A stretch of DNA of 64,000 bases, from positions 2,144,001 through 2,208,000 of the forward strand of contig CAXXQS010000001.1 of NCBI GenBank assembly GCA_963674735.2, given 5' to 3'. Numbering within the stretch: position 1 is the stretch's first letter; the number at the start of each line of letters is the position of its first letter. Position numbers and translations under genes: made by a program. Under the pieces are notes generated by a model. That model saw only the letters and a list, made by a program, of their open reading frames with translations, was not told the origin of the DNA and did not search any database. The stretch comes from Myxococcota bacterium. GTDB lineage: Bacteria > Myxococcota_A > SURF-8. Shown here piece after piece: positions 31,391 to 41,695 of this stretch.

Positions 31391-33778
31391 TTAGTTGCGC
31401 AGCGGCCGACCGGTGGTCAGCAAGGACTGCATACGTTCGATGGCTTTCGGCTCACCAACCAAGCTCATGAAGGCTTCCTTCTCGAGTTCGAGCAGGCGTT
31501 CTTCCGTCACGGCCGTGTTGGGCTCGATGTCGCCACCACACAGAACGTTGGCCAGCTTCGCCGCGATTTTCTTCTCGAAATCGGTGACATAGCCGCCCAT
31601 GTTCATGTTGTACAAACCGGTCTCGAATGTCGCCGCACCCACGCGACCCGGCAGGATCAGGTAGTCGGGCTTTTCGGGAGCGCGGTAGCCGCCTTCCCAC
31701 ATACCCTTGACCATGCGCTTGGCTTCGTAGGTCAGTTCGTCGCGGTTCATGACCACGCGGTCACTGTAACGCAGCACCTTCATGTCTTTGGCGATCGCGG
31801 CGCTCAAGGAAACCTTGGCCATGGCGATCTGCTCGAAGACACGCTGGATGATCGGGAAGCGATCGATGGCCATATCGGCCGGAACGTTTTCGAGATAATG
31901 CATCAGCAGATTCTTGTTGCCCGCGCCGCCCGGAATCAGGCCCGCGCCCAACTCGACCAGACCCGCGTACAATTCGGAATGCGCGCACACCGCATCGGCG
32001 GCCAGGATGATCTCGCAACCACCGCCCAGCGCCATACCGAACGGAGCCGTGACGACCGGCTTCGGGCTGTAACGCATGCGCTGACCGGCATTATGCAGAC
32101 CGTCGACAGCTTCTTCGATCATGTCGAACTGCTTGCCCATAGCGCCCATCATGATCATGGCCAGGTTGGCGCCGACCGAGAAGTTCTCGGCTTCGTTCGT
32201 GATAACCAGACCGGCCCAGTCGTCCGAGCTTTCCACCAGGTCGAGACCGTGATGGATCATGCGGATGATGTCTTCGCCGATAGCGTTCATTTTGCAATGG
32301 AATTCGACACAGGCCACGCCGTCGCCGAGGTCCAGCAGGCTGGCGTCGGCCAGCTTTTTGAGCGGCTGCTTGTGGGTCTTCAACAGACCGAGGTTGATCC
32401 ACTGCTCTTTCGTGGGAACCGGCTGATACGAAGCGGTTTTGATGTCCCAGAAATATTTCTTACCTTCGCGCACCATGTACCACGAGCCTTCGCTCTTCTC
32501 CACCATGGTTTTCACGGCTTCGGGGAGCACCAGTCCGTCGGCTTCCATGCGTGCCACAGACTCTTTGACGCCCACGGCATCCCAGGTCTCGAAGGGACCG
32601 AGTTCCCAGGCATAGCCCCATTTCATGGCATTATCGATGTTGACGATGTCGTCGCAGATCTCGCCAACGCGAGTCGCGGCATACACCCAGCCACGGGACA
32701 GCAGCTTCCAGGCGAACTTGCCGAATTTGTCGTCGCTGTTCACCAAACCCTTGATACGGGCGGCCGGATCGTCTTCGTTCTTGGCTTTTTTCAGGCTGTC
32801 GGCCTTGATTTTGACGGTCTCGACGTATTCTTTGGTTTTCCAATCGAGAACCAGCTTTTTCTTGCCTTCTTTTTTGTAATAACCGGCTTTGGTTTTGTTA
32901 CCGAAGCACTTGTTGTCGACCAGATGCTGCAAGAAATCCGGCACCTTCAGCAATTCGCGCGCTTCATCGTTCGGCAGCGCTTCGTAGCTGTTGGTGATGA
33001 TGTGATGCACGGTGTCGAGGCCGACCAGATCGGCGGTCTTGTAGCTCGACATTTTCTGAGCCATGCATTTACCGGTAACGGCATCCACTTCCTGGATGCT
33101 CATGTCGTCTTCGACCATGGCCTGGACGGTCGCCATCATGGCGCCCACACCGATGCGGTTACCCACGAAGTTGGGGGTATCCTTGCCGTAGACAATGCCC
33201 TTGCCCAGGTTAGTTTCACCGAATTCGGCGATCGTCTGGACCACGTCGGGGTCGGTTTTTTCGCCAGCCACCACTTCCAACAGGCGCATGTAACGCACCG
33301 GGTTGAAGAAATGCATGACTAGGAAATTCTTCTGGAAGTCTTCCGAGTAGCCTTCCACCATCGAGTTGATGGCGATACCGGACGTGTTGGACGCCACGAT
33401 AGTACCCGGCTTGATCACTTTGACCAGTTTGTCGAACAAGTTGCGTTTGATGTCGAGCTGCTCGAGCACGACTTCGATAACCAGATCGCAATCAGCGACC
33501 AGCTCGAGGTCATCTTCGAGATTGCCCGTAGTGATCAGATTCGCCGTCCGTTTGTTCATGAACGGTTGGATCTGACCTTTCTGTTTGACCATACGCATAA
33601 CGGCACCGGCCGCAAAGCTATTACGCTTGGCCTTCACCTTTTTCTCGTCGTCGGTCAAGTTTGGCGGAACGATGTCAAGCAGAACGCTCGGAACACCGGC
33701 GCTAGCCAAGTGTGCCGCGATCCCACTTCCCATCACGCCGGCTCCAATAACAGCTACCTTTTTGATCTCACGTGTCAT
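31391..33778 (-). CDS. fadN: 3-hydroxyacyl-CoA dehydrogenase / enoyl-CoA hydratase (FadN-type domain order)
   Basis: GAGVMGSG, ASNTSG, HFFNPVRYM, FSVGANL, ALGGGCE, ends RPLRN. Confidence 0.92.
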   Translation of the reverse strand: MTREIKKVAVIGAGVMGSGIAAHLASAGVPSVLLDIVPPNLTDDEKKVKAKRNSFAAGAVMRMVKQKGQIQPFMNKRTANLITTGNLEDDLELVADCDLVIEVVLEQLDIKRNLFDKLVKVIKPGTIVASNTSGIAINSMVEGYSEDFQKNFLVMHFFNPVRYMRLLEVVAGEKTDPDVVQTIAEFGETNLGKGIVYGKDTPNFVGNRIGVGAMMATVQAMVEDDMSIQEVDAVTGKCMAQKMSSYKTADLVGLDTVHHIITNSYEALPNDEARELLKVPDFLQHLVDNKCFGNKTKAGYYKKEGKKKLVLDWKTKEYVETVKIKADSLKKAKNEDDPAARIKGLVNSDDKFGKFAWKLLSRGWVYAATRVGEICDDIVNIDNAMKWGYAWELGPFETWDAVGVKESVARMEADGLVLPEAVKTMVEKSEGSWYMVREGKKYFWDIKTASYQPVPTKEQWINLGLLKTHKQPLKKLADASLLDLGDGVACVEFHCKMNAIGEDIIRMIHHGLDLVESSDDWAGLVITNEAENFSVGANLAMIMMGAMGKQFDMIEEAVDGLHNAGQRMRYSPKPVVTAPFGMALGGGCEIILAADAVCAHSELYAGLVELGAGLIPGGAGNKNLLMHYLENVPADMAIDRFPIIQRVFEQIAMAKVSLSAAIAKDMKVLRYSDRVVMNRDELTYEAKRMVKGMWEGGYRAPEKPDYLILPGRVGAATFETGLYNMNMGGYVTDFEKKIAAKLANVLCGGDIEPNTAVTEERLLELEKEAFMSLVGEPKAIERMQSLLTTGRPLRN

Positions 33779-33880
33779 GTGCACCTCCGAGGATAGTTTG
33801 GATCCGATATATCCAATTCGACGGGTTGGGTAGTCATGAAAAGTCGCCTACAATCATGCATATTCAGCCACTTACCAAAG

Positions 33881-33898
33881 TGAATGATGGTTCATTCA
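33881..33898. promoter_or_regulatory. Palindromic operator, FadR(YsiA)/TetR-like
   Basis: TGAATGA-TGGT-TCATTCA with perfect 7-bp arms, about 100 bp upstream of fadN. Confidence 0.75.
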
Positions 33899-34040
33899 AG
33901 CGCCCATCATACCCCCTTTTGTTTGGCTGTCAAGTTCAAAAACTCGGAATCGTGCAGTCTGTCAATTCAGACCGACTTCTACCCATCCTTTGACACCTGA
34001 CGATAACCTCCGCAACAAGCTTGAAAAGGCCATGTGATTC

Positions 34041-34069
34041 TTGACGCTTTTCCATGTGCGTGTTATAAA
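34041..34069 (+). promoter_or_regulatory. Sigma70-type promoter of the uptake operon
   Basis: TTGACG-17 bp-TATAAA with an extended -10 TG. Confidence 0.7.
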
Positions 34070-34287
34070 CGATAGCGCATCGTTAAATGAGTCGAAAATG
34101 CATAAGTTGTACTGGTGGCGATCATCCATCCGTGGATAAATGCCGGGTTATCCGTCACATGGTGAATCGATCAACCACTTGACGGCTGGAACGAAGGTAA
34201 TTCGTTCCGCTGTAGGGCCGTAATGGTATGGAACGAAGGGCAACGTTATACCCTGTTTATCTCTCTTCAACAAAAACAAGGAGCACG

Positions 34288-35058
34288 ATGATGAAAACCA
34301 AACTGTTTATGCTGTTGGCCATCTTGGCTACTCTCTGTCTGATGGTCGCCTGTGGGGGAGACGACGAAGAAGAAGGCGAAGGCACGCCGGGAACGTTTAA
34401 AGGCCATGTCGTTGATTTTGCTGGAGATACGCGCCTTCCCGATGTAAAGATCTGGGTACTCGACAACACGACCGGTGAAAAACTGGATGGCGTCGATCCG
34501 CAGATCTCGGATGCCAACGGCGAAGTGACCTTCACCGGCATTCCCGAAGAACTCGAACTGTTGGGCTTTCTATGCGAAGGTTTCGGCGACGAAACCGCCG
34601 GTGCGGTGGACACGTACCAGTTCAACCTGGTCGCCAATGCCACCAACGAAAAACTCTGGTCCGTCGACCGCGTCACCTACAGCACGGCTCCTCTGGCGGC
34701 CGGTGTTACCTTGGATGAATCACTGGGCGTCGTGGCTGGTGCCGTCTACTGGGTCAACGCCGACGAAGAAGAAGAAATCGTCGGTTGCTCCACCGTCACC
34801 GTCGACCCCAGCAGCGATGACGTTCGTTACTTCAACAACAGCCGTCTGCCGGTCAACACCTCCGCCCGCGACTCGGTCAACCCCACCAACGGCTATTATC
34901 TGATCGCCAACATGGAAATCGGGTCCACCACGACCACCGCTTGGGTCGATGGCGAAGCGCTGGGTACCACCACCTTCGTTTCCGTCCCCAACTCGATCTG
35001 CATCAGCAATATCTACGCCGAAGGCGATGCAAACCCGAGCCCGGCTGACTGCGAATAA
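34288..35058 (+). CDS. Lipoprotein with carboxypeptidase-regulatory-like beta-sandwich domains
   Basis: RBS AAGGAG; lipobox MVAC then GGDDEEE; FKGHVVD..LPDVKI..SDANGEVTF. Confidence 0.8.
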   Translation: MMKTKLFMLLAILATLCLMVACGGDDEEEGEGTPGTFKGHVVDFAGDTRLPDVKIWVLDNTTGEKLDGVDPQISDANGEVTFTGIPEELELLGFLCEGFGDETAGAVDTYQFNLVANATNEKLWSVDRVTYSTAPLAAGVTLDESLGVVAGAVYWVNADEEEEIVGCSTVTVDPSSDDVRYFNNSRLPVNTSARDSVNPTNGYYLIANMEIGSTTTTAWVDGEALGTTTFVSVPNSICISNIYAEGDANPSPADCE

Positions 35059-35067
35059 TTCTCAATT

Positions 35068-35100
35068 AAGGCCGCAAGGTTAATCCTTGCGGCCTTTTTT
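35068..35100 (+). terminator. Internal intrinsic terminator/attenuator
   Basis: AAGGCCGCAAGG-TTAAT-CCTTGCGGCCTT plus T-run, just before the next RBS. Confidence 0.8.
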
Positions 35101-35116
35101 CAAACAGGAGGCGAGT

Positions 35117-36760
35117 GTGGGAAGGTACAAGTTTGGATCGGTTATTCTGGTCGGACTGATGCTTCTGCTGTGCACATCCACGGTAACCGCCCAGGAGAAG
35201 GAATTCGAAGTCCAAGGCTACATCCAGATGCAGGGCGGCGTATTCGTCCCTCTGACCTCACAATTGTTCAAGGACTACGATAACAAAGCCTACATCAAGG
35301 TCGGCGACAACGTCGATGAAAACCGGCCCTGCGATCCGGTAAACGACACGAGCACCTGTCACCCGACCGACCACGGCGCCAAAGCCGGCAAACCCTCCAT
35401 GCTGCGCGGACAAATCCAGCTAATGGCGGAATGGCGGCCTGAAGAGAAAATCGTGGTGCACGCAACGGTACGCCTGGTCGGGTCGCTCAAATTGGAACTC
35501 GACCGCTACGGCCAGCCGCCGTCGTTCAAAGACAGCATGGACAAGCGCGAATATGCAATGGAATACGCATGGAAGGAATTCTACAACGAAGCCGACCTGC
35601 GCGAGTTGTACGTCGACATCGAAACCACCGACTGGCTCTCCTTCCGCTTGGGTCGCCAGCAGGTCGTGTGGGGTGACATCAATTCCTACCGCTTGCTCGA
35701 TGTCGTCAATCCCGTCGATAACACATGGCATTTCGGTCCGTTGGAATCATTCGAAGACACGCGTGTTCCTCTGTGGTCCGCCAAGGCCATGTTCGAGATG
35801 AAAGACATCGACCATTTCGTCGAGTTTCTCTGGGTACCGATGATCGACCGCAAGGCCGACACAGTAAACATTCCGTTGACGTTCGTGGGAGCTTGGGGCC
35901 TACCGTATTCCAACACGCCCTCGCCTTATATCATCGACAAGAAAACCTTCGAGTACCCGGGCGGCGAGTTCGACGACATGCGGGGTGGACTGCGTTGGCG
36001 TGGCAACATCACCAGTATGATGAGCTACTCGCTCATGTATTACTACACGCACATCTATTCACCGCCGATCCCGCTCTACTACGATCTGAAACCCGATGAC
36101 GAGGGTTTCCTCGATCCGAACCACATGAAAGAGCTGTTCCTCGGCTTCCCGCGCCAGCACATCGCCGGCGCTTCCTTCGACTATACTTTCGATGCGCCGG
36201 TGTCCATGGTGGCCAAGATCGAGGCGTCGGTCGAGCCGCTCAGACGCTATCCGCGCCAGTCCAAAACGACCAAGCGCGTGCTCGATACCGAGTATGGCAG
36301 CGGAAAAGAACGCATCTACTTCGAGAAAGCCGAAAAGAACACCTTCAATTATGCCGTACAATTGATGCGACCGGCCATGATTCGCTGGCTCAACCCCACC
36401 CAGAATATCCTGATGCTGCTGCAATTCCAGCACACGATGATCCCGGGGTTGTCCGAATTCGACAAGGCCGACCTGGTGTACGTCCCCGGTTACAACGACT
36501 ACAAAATCGAAGCGCACCAGTTCCGCCTGGTTTACGTGATGGGTACCTCCTACCTGCACGGCATGATCGCTCCTCGCATGGTGGTGGCGTATTTCTATCC
36601 CCGAGACGCCTTCATCGCCGGGCAAGTCGACCTTCGTCTCGGACGTCACTGGCGTCTGCGCTTCCAGGTCACCGACTTTTTCGGCAACGACCCGTACAAG
36701 TCTCTTGGATTCTTCCGTGATCGAGATGAAATCAACATGCGCATTCGCTATCAGTTCTAA
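35117..36760 (+). CDS. DUF1302-like outer-membrane beta-barrel
   Basis: Signal peptide; LRELYVD..FRLGRQQVVWG..LLDVVNPVD; C-terminal RYQF barrel signal; gene context. Confidence 0.85.
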   Translation: MGRYKFGSVILVGLMLLLCTSTVTAQEKEFEVQGYIQMQGGVFVPLTSQLFKDYDNKAYIKVGDNVDENRPCDPVNDTSTCHPTDHGAKAGKPSMLRGQIQLMAEWRPEEKIVVHATVRLVGSLKLELDRYGQPPSFKDSMDKREYAMEYAWKEFYNEADLRELYVDIETTDWLSFRLGRQQVVWGDINSYRLLDVVNPVDNTWHFGPLESFEDTRVPLWSAKAMFEMKDIDHFVEFLWVPMIDRKADTVNIPLTFVGAWGLPYSNTPSPYIIDKKTFEYPGGEFDDMRGGLRWRGNITSMMSYSLMYYYTHIYSPPIPLYYDLKPDDEGFLDPNHMKELFLGFPRQHIAGASFDYTFDAPVSMVAKIEASVEPLRRYPRQSKTTKRVLDTEYGSGKERIYFEKAEKNTFNYAVQLMRPAMIRWLNPTQNILMLLQFQHTMIPGLSEFDKADLVYVPGYNDYKIEAHQFRLVYVMGTSYLHGMIAPRMVVAYFYPRDAFIAGQVDLRLGRHWRLRFQVTDFFGNDPYKSLGFFRDRDEINMRIRYQF

Positions 36761-36790
36761 CGGACCACGCAACAAGAAAGGGATTCAAAC

Positions 36791-38104
36791 ATGAAACACA
36801 TCAGCACCGCACCGCAAGCGCGCCTCGTGGCCTTGCTGGCATTGTTGGCGTTGTTGATCATGGCGCTGCCGGCACAAGCCCAGGAAGGCTGGAAACCCGG
36901 CGTCAAGCTCACCGCCGATAACTGGGGCAAGATGGTCGGCTTCGCTCCCGATCTCAACAAGCCCAACGTTAAAAAAGGCAAAACCGTCAAGGCGTCGAAC
37001 TTCGACCAATACAAAGACCTTCTCCCCGCCAGTTTCGAAACACTGGTGAAGAAGTACAAAATGAAGATGAAACTGCGCGACTACGAGCCGGTTCATCCGT
37101 CGCTGGGCTACATCGAAGCCACCAACCTTTACGGCGGAAAAGCCAAGCTGATCGAGAACGGCAACGACGTCCGCAAGATCGGTATCAAGGACTACGTGGC
37201 GGGTCTGCCCTTCCCGAATCCGAAAAACGGCGTGGAAGTGGCTTGGAACTACCAGTATTCCTACAACGGCGACGACGGCGACCTGTATTACGCCGTTTAC
37301 TGGATCAACGCCAACAAGGGCGTCGAACACTTCGAGGAATGGCGCTGGTATTTCATTATCCGCACCCTGCACCGCACCGACCTCGAACCCAAACCGGCCA
37401 TTCCGAAATTCAAAGAAAGCGGCCTGCAGTACACCTCCATCACCTATGCCTTGTCCCCTTACGACAAACGCGGATTCGGTGCGCTCTACAGCCGTTCCCT
37501 GGAACCGCTCGATCAGCAGGGCCACATCTATGTGCCCTCGATGAAACGCGTGCTGCGCAACTCTTTCGGCACCCGCGGCGACACCTGGAACTCCACCGAT
37601 CTGCTCTATGAAGACGTGCGCGGATTCATGGGCTACCCGGAATGGATGAACTGGAAGCTGGTCAAGAAAACCACGATGTTGATGCCCATGCATGCCGGGG
37701 TCCAAGTCGGAAAAGAAAACGCCAAAAAAACCTTCGACATGGATAACTACCCGCATTGGAATCCCAAGTTCGAATGGGAACTTCGCCCGATTTACGTGAT
37801 CGAAGTCACCCCGAAACTGCCGGATTACCCCTACAAATCCATGAACATCTACATCGACGCCGAAACCTACCTGATTTCCTACAAGGAAGCCTTCGATAAA
37901 AAAGGCGACCTCTGGAAAGTCAACCTGATTGCCTACAACGAATCGCCCGACATGGACGAAGAACCCCCGGGTTACGCCGCTCAGCTCGTGATCGATCTGC
38001 AATCGGAACACGCCACCGCGTTCCCGATCTATGAGGCGAAGGTCAATCAGAACCTGAACCCCAACGAGTTTACCGAAAGCAACCTGAGAAAGAGGGGCCG
38101 ATGA
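36791..38104 (+). CDS. DUF1329-family periplasmic protein (LolA-like fold)
   Basis: GLPFPNPKNGVEVAWN, IYVPSMKRV, YIDAETY..DKKGDLWK, FTESNL. Confidence 0.9.
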   Translation: MKHISTAPQARLVALLALLALLIMALPAQAQEGWKPGVKLTADNWGKMVGFAPDLNKPNVKKGKTVKASNFDQYKDLLPASFETLVKKYKMKMKLRDYEPVHPSLGYIEATNLYGGKAKLIENGNDVRKIGIKDYVAGLPFPNPKNGVEVAWNYQYSYNGDDGDLYYAVYWINANKGVEHFEEWRWYFIIRTLHRTDLEPKPAIPKFKESGLQYTSITYALSPYDKRGFGALYSRSLEPLDQQGHIYVPSMKRVLRNSFGTRGDTWNSTDLLYEDVRGFMGYPEWMNWKLVKKTTMLMPMHAGVQVGKENAKKTFDMDNYPHWNPKFEWELRPIYVIEVTPKLPDYPYKSMNIYIDAETYLISYKEAFDKKGDLWKVNLIAYNESPDMDEEPPGYAAQLVIDLQSEHATAFPIYEAKVNQNLNPNEFTESNLRKRGR

Positions 38105-39090
38105 GCAGAATCCTAAGCGGGGGACCGGCGCTGTGGTTGGCGCTGTACGTGGCGCTGGTCCTGTCGCCGGTTCTTGCCGACGCATCCGATTACACCGAAA
38201 CAGCCAACCATCGCGACCGGTTTTTCGATCTGACCCAATGGCAGGACCAGCTCTGGCTGGTCGGCCATCCCGGTTTCGTCCTGCGCTCCACCGATCAGGG
38301 TCAAACTTGGTCGATGGCGACGGCGAGCAAGCTGGATGCCTATTACTCTTTGAGTGCGTTCGATGAAAAAGTCGCACTCATGAGCGGACTCAACGGAAAA
38401 CTCTACCGAACCGAGGACGGCGGCAAAAACTGGGAGACGATCGACCTCAAACAACCCAACCCGATGTTCAACGTGTTCGCGCTCCCCGGAACTCCGCATG
38501 CCTGGGCGGTGGGACATTTCAACACGCTCTTTCACAGCGCCGACCAGGGAAAGACCTGGTCGCGCCAGCAGTATGAAATTCCCGAAGAAATGGAAGACGA
38601 GCCCGGCTTGAACGATGTCTTCTTCGTCACGGCGCTTCACGGCTGGATCGTGGGCGAATTCGGCACCATCCTCGTCACCGAAGACGGCGGGAACACCTGG
38701 GCGGCTCAGACTTCGCCGGTGGAGACACCGCTTTACGCCGTCCAATTCCTGGATGCCAAGCGCGGCGCGGCAGTCGGCTCCCAGGGGAAAATCGTCGTCA
38801 CGGAAGATGGCGGCGAAAACTGGAAACTCGTTCCCTACGAGGTGAAGCAACACCTGTTTGAGTTGTCCCTCGTCGGCGAAACGCTTTTTGCGGTCGGTCA
38901 GGACGGCTTTTTCGTAAGCGGCCCTCTTTTCGGGTCGGAAGGTTGGCGCTCCGAGCGCACGGGAGTCTTTACCTGGCTCAACGCCGTATTGTTTCTTGAT
39001 GCCAAAACCGGCCTGGTGGCCGGAGGACGCGGGTCTATTTTGAAGACCACCGACGGCGGCCGAACCTGGAACAAGATTTCGGGTAAATAA
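38101..39090 (+). CDS. YCF48-like BNR/Asp-box beta-propeller
   Basis: Repeated (S/T)xDxGx(T/N)W motifs; GWIVGEFGTIL. Confidence 0.9.
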   Translation: MSRILSGGPALWLALYVALVLSPVLADASDYTETANHRDRFFDLTQWQDQLWLVGHPGFVLRSTDQGQTWSMATASKLDAYYSLSAFDEKVALMSGLNGKLYRTEDGGKNWETIDLKQPNPMFNVFALPGTPHAWAVGHFNTLFHSADQGKTWSRQQYEIPEEMEDEPGLNDVFFVTALHGWIVGEFGTILVTEDGGNTWAAQTSPVETPLYAVQFLDAKRGAAVGSQGKIVVTEDGGENWKLVPYEVKQHLFELSLVGETLFAVGQDGFFVSGPLFGSEGWRSERTGVFTWLNAVLFLDAKTGLVAGGRGSILKTTDGGRTWNKISGK

Positions 39091-39120
39091 TTAACAACTC
39101 AACAACGCAAGGATACGACC

Positions 39121-41430
39121 GTGTACGAGCGAATCGGACGCTTCATATTAAGGTATCGTCTGCCGATTCTTGTCCTGATCCTGTTGATCACAGGCTTTTT
39201 CTTCTGGCAGGCGACGAAAGTAAAGATTGCAAGTCCAACCATCGACCTTTTCCCGGCCAGTCACCCCTACGTCGAAACCTTCGTCAAATACAAAGATGTG
39301 TTCGGCGGCGCTTCGACGGTTTTGATTGCGCTGGAACGCAAAGAGGGCGACATCTTCAACACCGAGACGCTCGAAAAAGTCAAGAGCATCTCGAAAGGCC
39401 TGGAGTTGCTGCCCGGCATCAATAATTACCAGGTGCTTTCGCTGTCACAGCGAAAAGTCAAGGAATTGCGCGTCGACCCGGAGAAGGGCTTCGTGTCCAT
39501 CCCGTTGATGTGGCCCGATGTGCCGCGAGACAAAGCGGGCATTGAGGCGCTGAAGGAGTCGGTGTATACCTCGCCGCGCTATTTCGGCAGTCTGGTATCG
39601 CGCGACAGCAAAGCCGCGCTGATTCTGGCCGGGTTCTTCGAGGGCAAATCCACCCCGGATGAGATTTACAAAGGAATCGAGGAACTCGTCGATAAGGAAC
39701 GCGACGACAACACCGATATCTTCGTGATCGGACGCCCGGTTATGCTGGGCTGGATCCTCACGCAGTATCCGCAGATCACCAAGATTTTCGTCGTTTCCGT
39801 TTTGGCCATTCTGCTGGTGCTGGTGCTCTACTTCCGCGACCTGCGCGGAACTCTGCTGCCGCTCTCCACGGCCACCCTGTCGGCCATCTGGGGCGTCGGC
39901 TTCCTTGGACTATTGGGGTACAACTTCGACCCGCTGGTGATTGTCGTCCCCTTCATCATATCGGAACGTGCGTTAAGCCATTCGGTGCAAGTAGTTGAAC
40001 GCTTCCTGGATGAATTCGAAGATTCCAAGGAGCGTAGCATTGCTTCCGTCAACACCTTCAAAGGGCTTTTCGCACCGGGCATGATCGCCATCGTCACCGA
40101 CGCGCTGGGCGTGTTCCTGGTGTTCACCACCCCGATTCCGCTCCTGCAGAAACTGGCGGTGATGGGTGGCTTCTGGGTTTTATCGATCGTCGTTTCGGAT
40201 CTGATCTTCAATCCCATCCTGCTGTCTTACCTGCCGGCTCCGCGTTGGGGACAGAAACAACGCAAGGGTATCCTTTACCGACTCCTGCTCAACGTCTCCC
40301 TCCTCGCGCGCGGTAACCGCCGTTATGCGGTTCTCGGAGTGACGGTCATTGCGTTGGTCATCGGAGGGTTCTTCGCCAAAAACATCCAGATCGGGGACGT
40401 GTATCCCGGTACGCCGATGCTATGGCAGGACTCCCGCTACAACACGGATACCGACCGCATCGGCCAGCGTTTCGGCAATACCGATCTGCTGTCGGTGGTC
40501 GTGGAAGGAAAAGACCGCAACTCCATCAAGGATCCGGAAGTCCTGCGCACCATGCAGGCCTTCCAACGCCATATGGAAAGCCTCCCGGAGGTGGCCAGTT
40601 CGAGTTCCATCGCCGACTATCTGCCGGGCATCATTTCGATTCTGCACGGCTCCGATCCCAAGTGGGAGCTGATCCCCGACAACCCCATGGAGTCGGGCTT
40701 CTTCCTCGAAATGATTTACACCAACTCCGAGCCGGGCGACCTGGTGCGCTTTGTCACCATCGACAGCCAGAACGCCAACATCACCCTGTTCCTGAAGGAT
40801 CACAAAGGCGACACCTTGCGTCACGTGGTCGCGACGGCGAAAGACTTCATTGCCAAGCACCCCATGGAAAAAGCCAACCTGCGTTTGGCGGGTAGTTACG
40901 GAGGTTTGTTGGCGGCCATCAACGAGGTGGTTACCGTCTACCAGGCGCGCATCACGATCATGGCCTTCGCCATCGTGTTCCTGGTCACGGCCATCAGCTT
41001 CCGTTCGCTGTTCGCCGGGATCATGTTCGTACTGCCGCTTGTGATCTCCAATTATCTCACCTACGCGCTGATGGGCTATCGCGGCATCGGATTGGATGTC
41101 AACGCCTTGCCGGTTGTGGCGCTGGGAGTCGGATTAGGAGTCGATTACGGGCTATACGTGGTCCAGCGCATCAAGGAGGAATATGCGCGGCTCAAGGATC
41201 TCGACCAGGCGATCATGCGCGGCGTCACCACGGCCGGAAAGGCGGTGGCCTTCACCGCTGGGACCATGATGGCGGGTGTGGCCTTCTGGACCACCAGTTT
41301 CCTGCGTTTCCAGGCCGATATGGGCCTTCTACTGGTCTTCTGGATGGTGGTTTCGATGCTGGGCGGCTTGATCCTGCTGCCGACGTTGATTTCGCTGTTC
41401 AAACCGCGCTTCGTCGTGGGTAAAGGCTAA
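39121..41430 (+). CDS. MMPL/RND-family inner-membrane transporter
   Basis: Two repeats of 1 TM + periplasmic domain + 5 TM; GVGLGVDYG motif. Confidence 0.92.
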   Translation: MYERIGRFILRYRLPILVLILLITGFFFWQATKVKIASPTIDLFPASHPYVETFVKYKDVFGGASTVLIALERKEGDIFNTETLEKVKSISKGLELLPGINNYQVLSLSQRKVKELRVDPEKGFVSIPLMWPDVPRDKAGIEALKESVYTSPRYFGSLVSRDSKAALILAGFFEGKSTPDEIYKGIEELVDKERDDNTDIFVIGRPVMLGWILTQYPQITKIFVVSVLAILLVLVLYFRDLRGTLLPLSTATLSAIWGVGFLGLLGYNFDPLVIVVPFIISERALSHSVQVVERFLDEFEDSKERSIASVNTFKGLFAPGMIAIVTDALGVFLVFTTPIPLLQKLAVMGGFWVLSIVVSDLIFNPILLSYLPAPRWGQKQRKGILYRLLLNVSLLARGNRRYAVLGVTVIALVIGGFFAKNIQIGDVYPGTPMLWQDSRYNTDTDRIGQRFGNTDLLSVVVEGKDRNSIKDPEVLRTMQAFQRHMESLPEVASSSSIADYLPGIISILHGSDPKWELIPDNPMESGFFLEMIYTNSEPGDLVRFVTIDSQNANITLFLKDHKGDTLRHVVATAKDFIAKHPMEKANLRLAGSYGGLLAAINEVVTVYQARITIMAFAIVFLVTAISFRSLFAGIMFVLPLVISNYLTYALMGYRGIGLDVNALPVVALGVGLGVDYGLYVVQRIKEEYARLKDLDQAIMRGVTTAGKAVAFTAGTMMAGVAFWTTSFLRFQADMGLLLVFWMVVSMLGGLILLPTLISLFKPRFVVGKG

Positions 41431-41456
41431 ACCCAGCCTGTTTCGCCAATCTACGT

Positions 41457-41485
41457 TCCCCCGCTTCGGCGGGGGATTTTTTTTT
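41457..41485 (+). terminator. Intrinsic terminator
   Basis: TCCCCCGC-TTCG-GCGGGGGA plus T9. Confidence 0.9.
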
Positions 41486-41695
41486 GAACGGCACGATTCC
41501 TTCCGCGTATATCGATCTGCCATGGCCTTTTTCCCATGACATGTTTGTAAAATCACCAAACGACCAAGTCAGGTTCGATCGGCAGCACGGCATCAACCCA
41601 TACACGGCATTATAACGTCTCAGACAAAAACGCTTCGAGGGCAGACCTCAATTAAATGAGTCATCACGGAACCCGAGTTTTTGGGAACATCGCCT

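Noticed and set aside
31898-38377. Long antisense ORFs (31898-33322, 36785-38377 and similar)
   Set aside because: Shadow ORFs caused by strong codon bias in well-supported genes on the opposite strand; no recognisable motifs.
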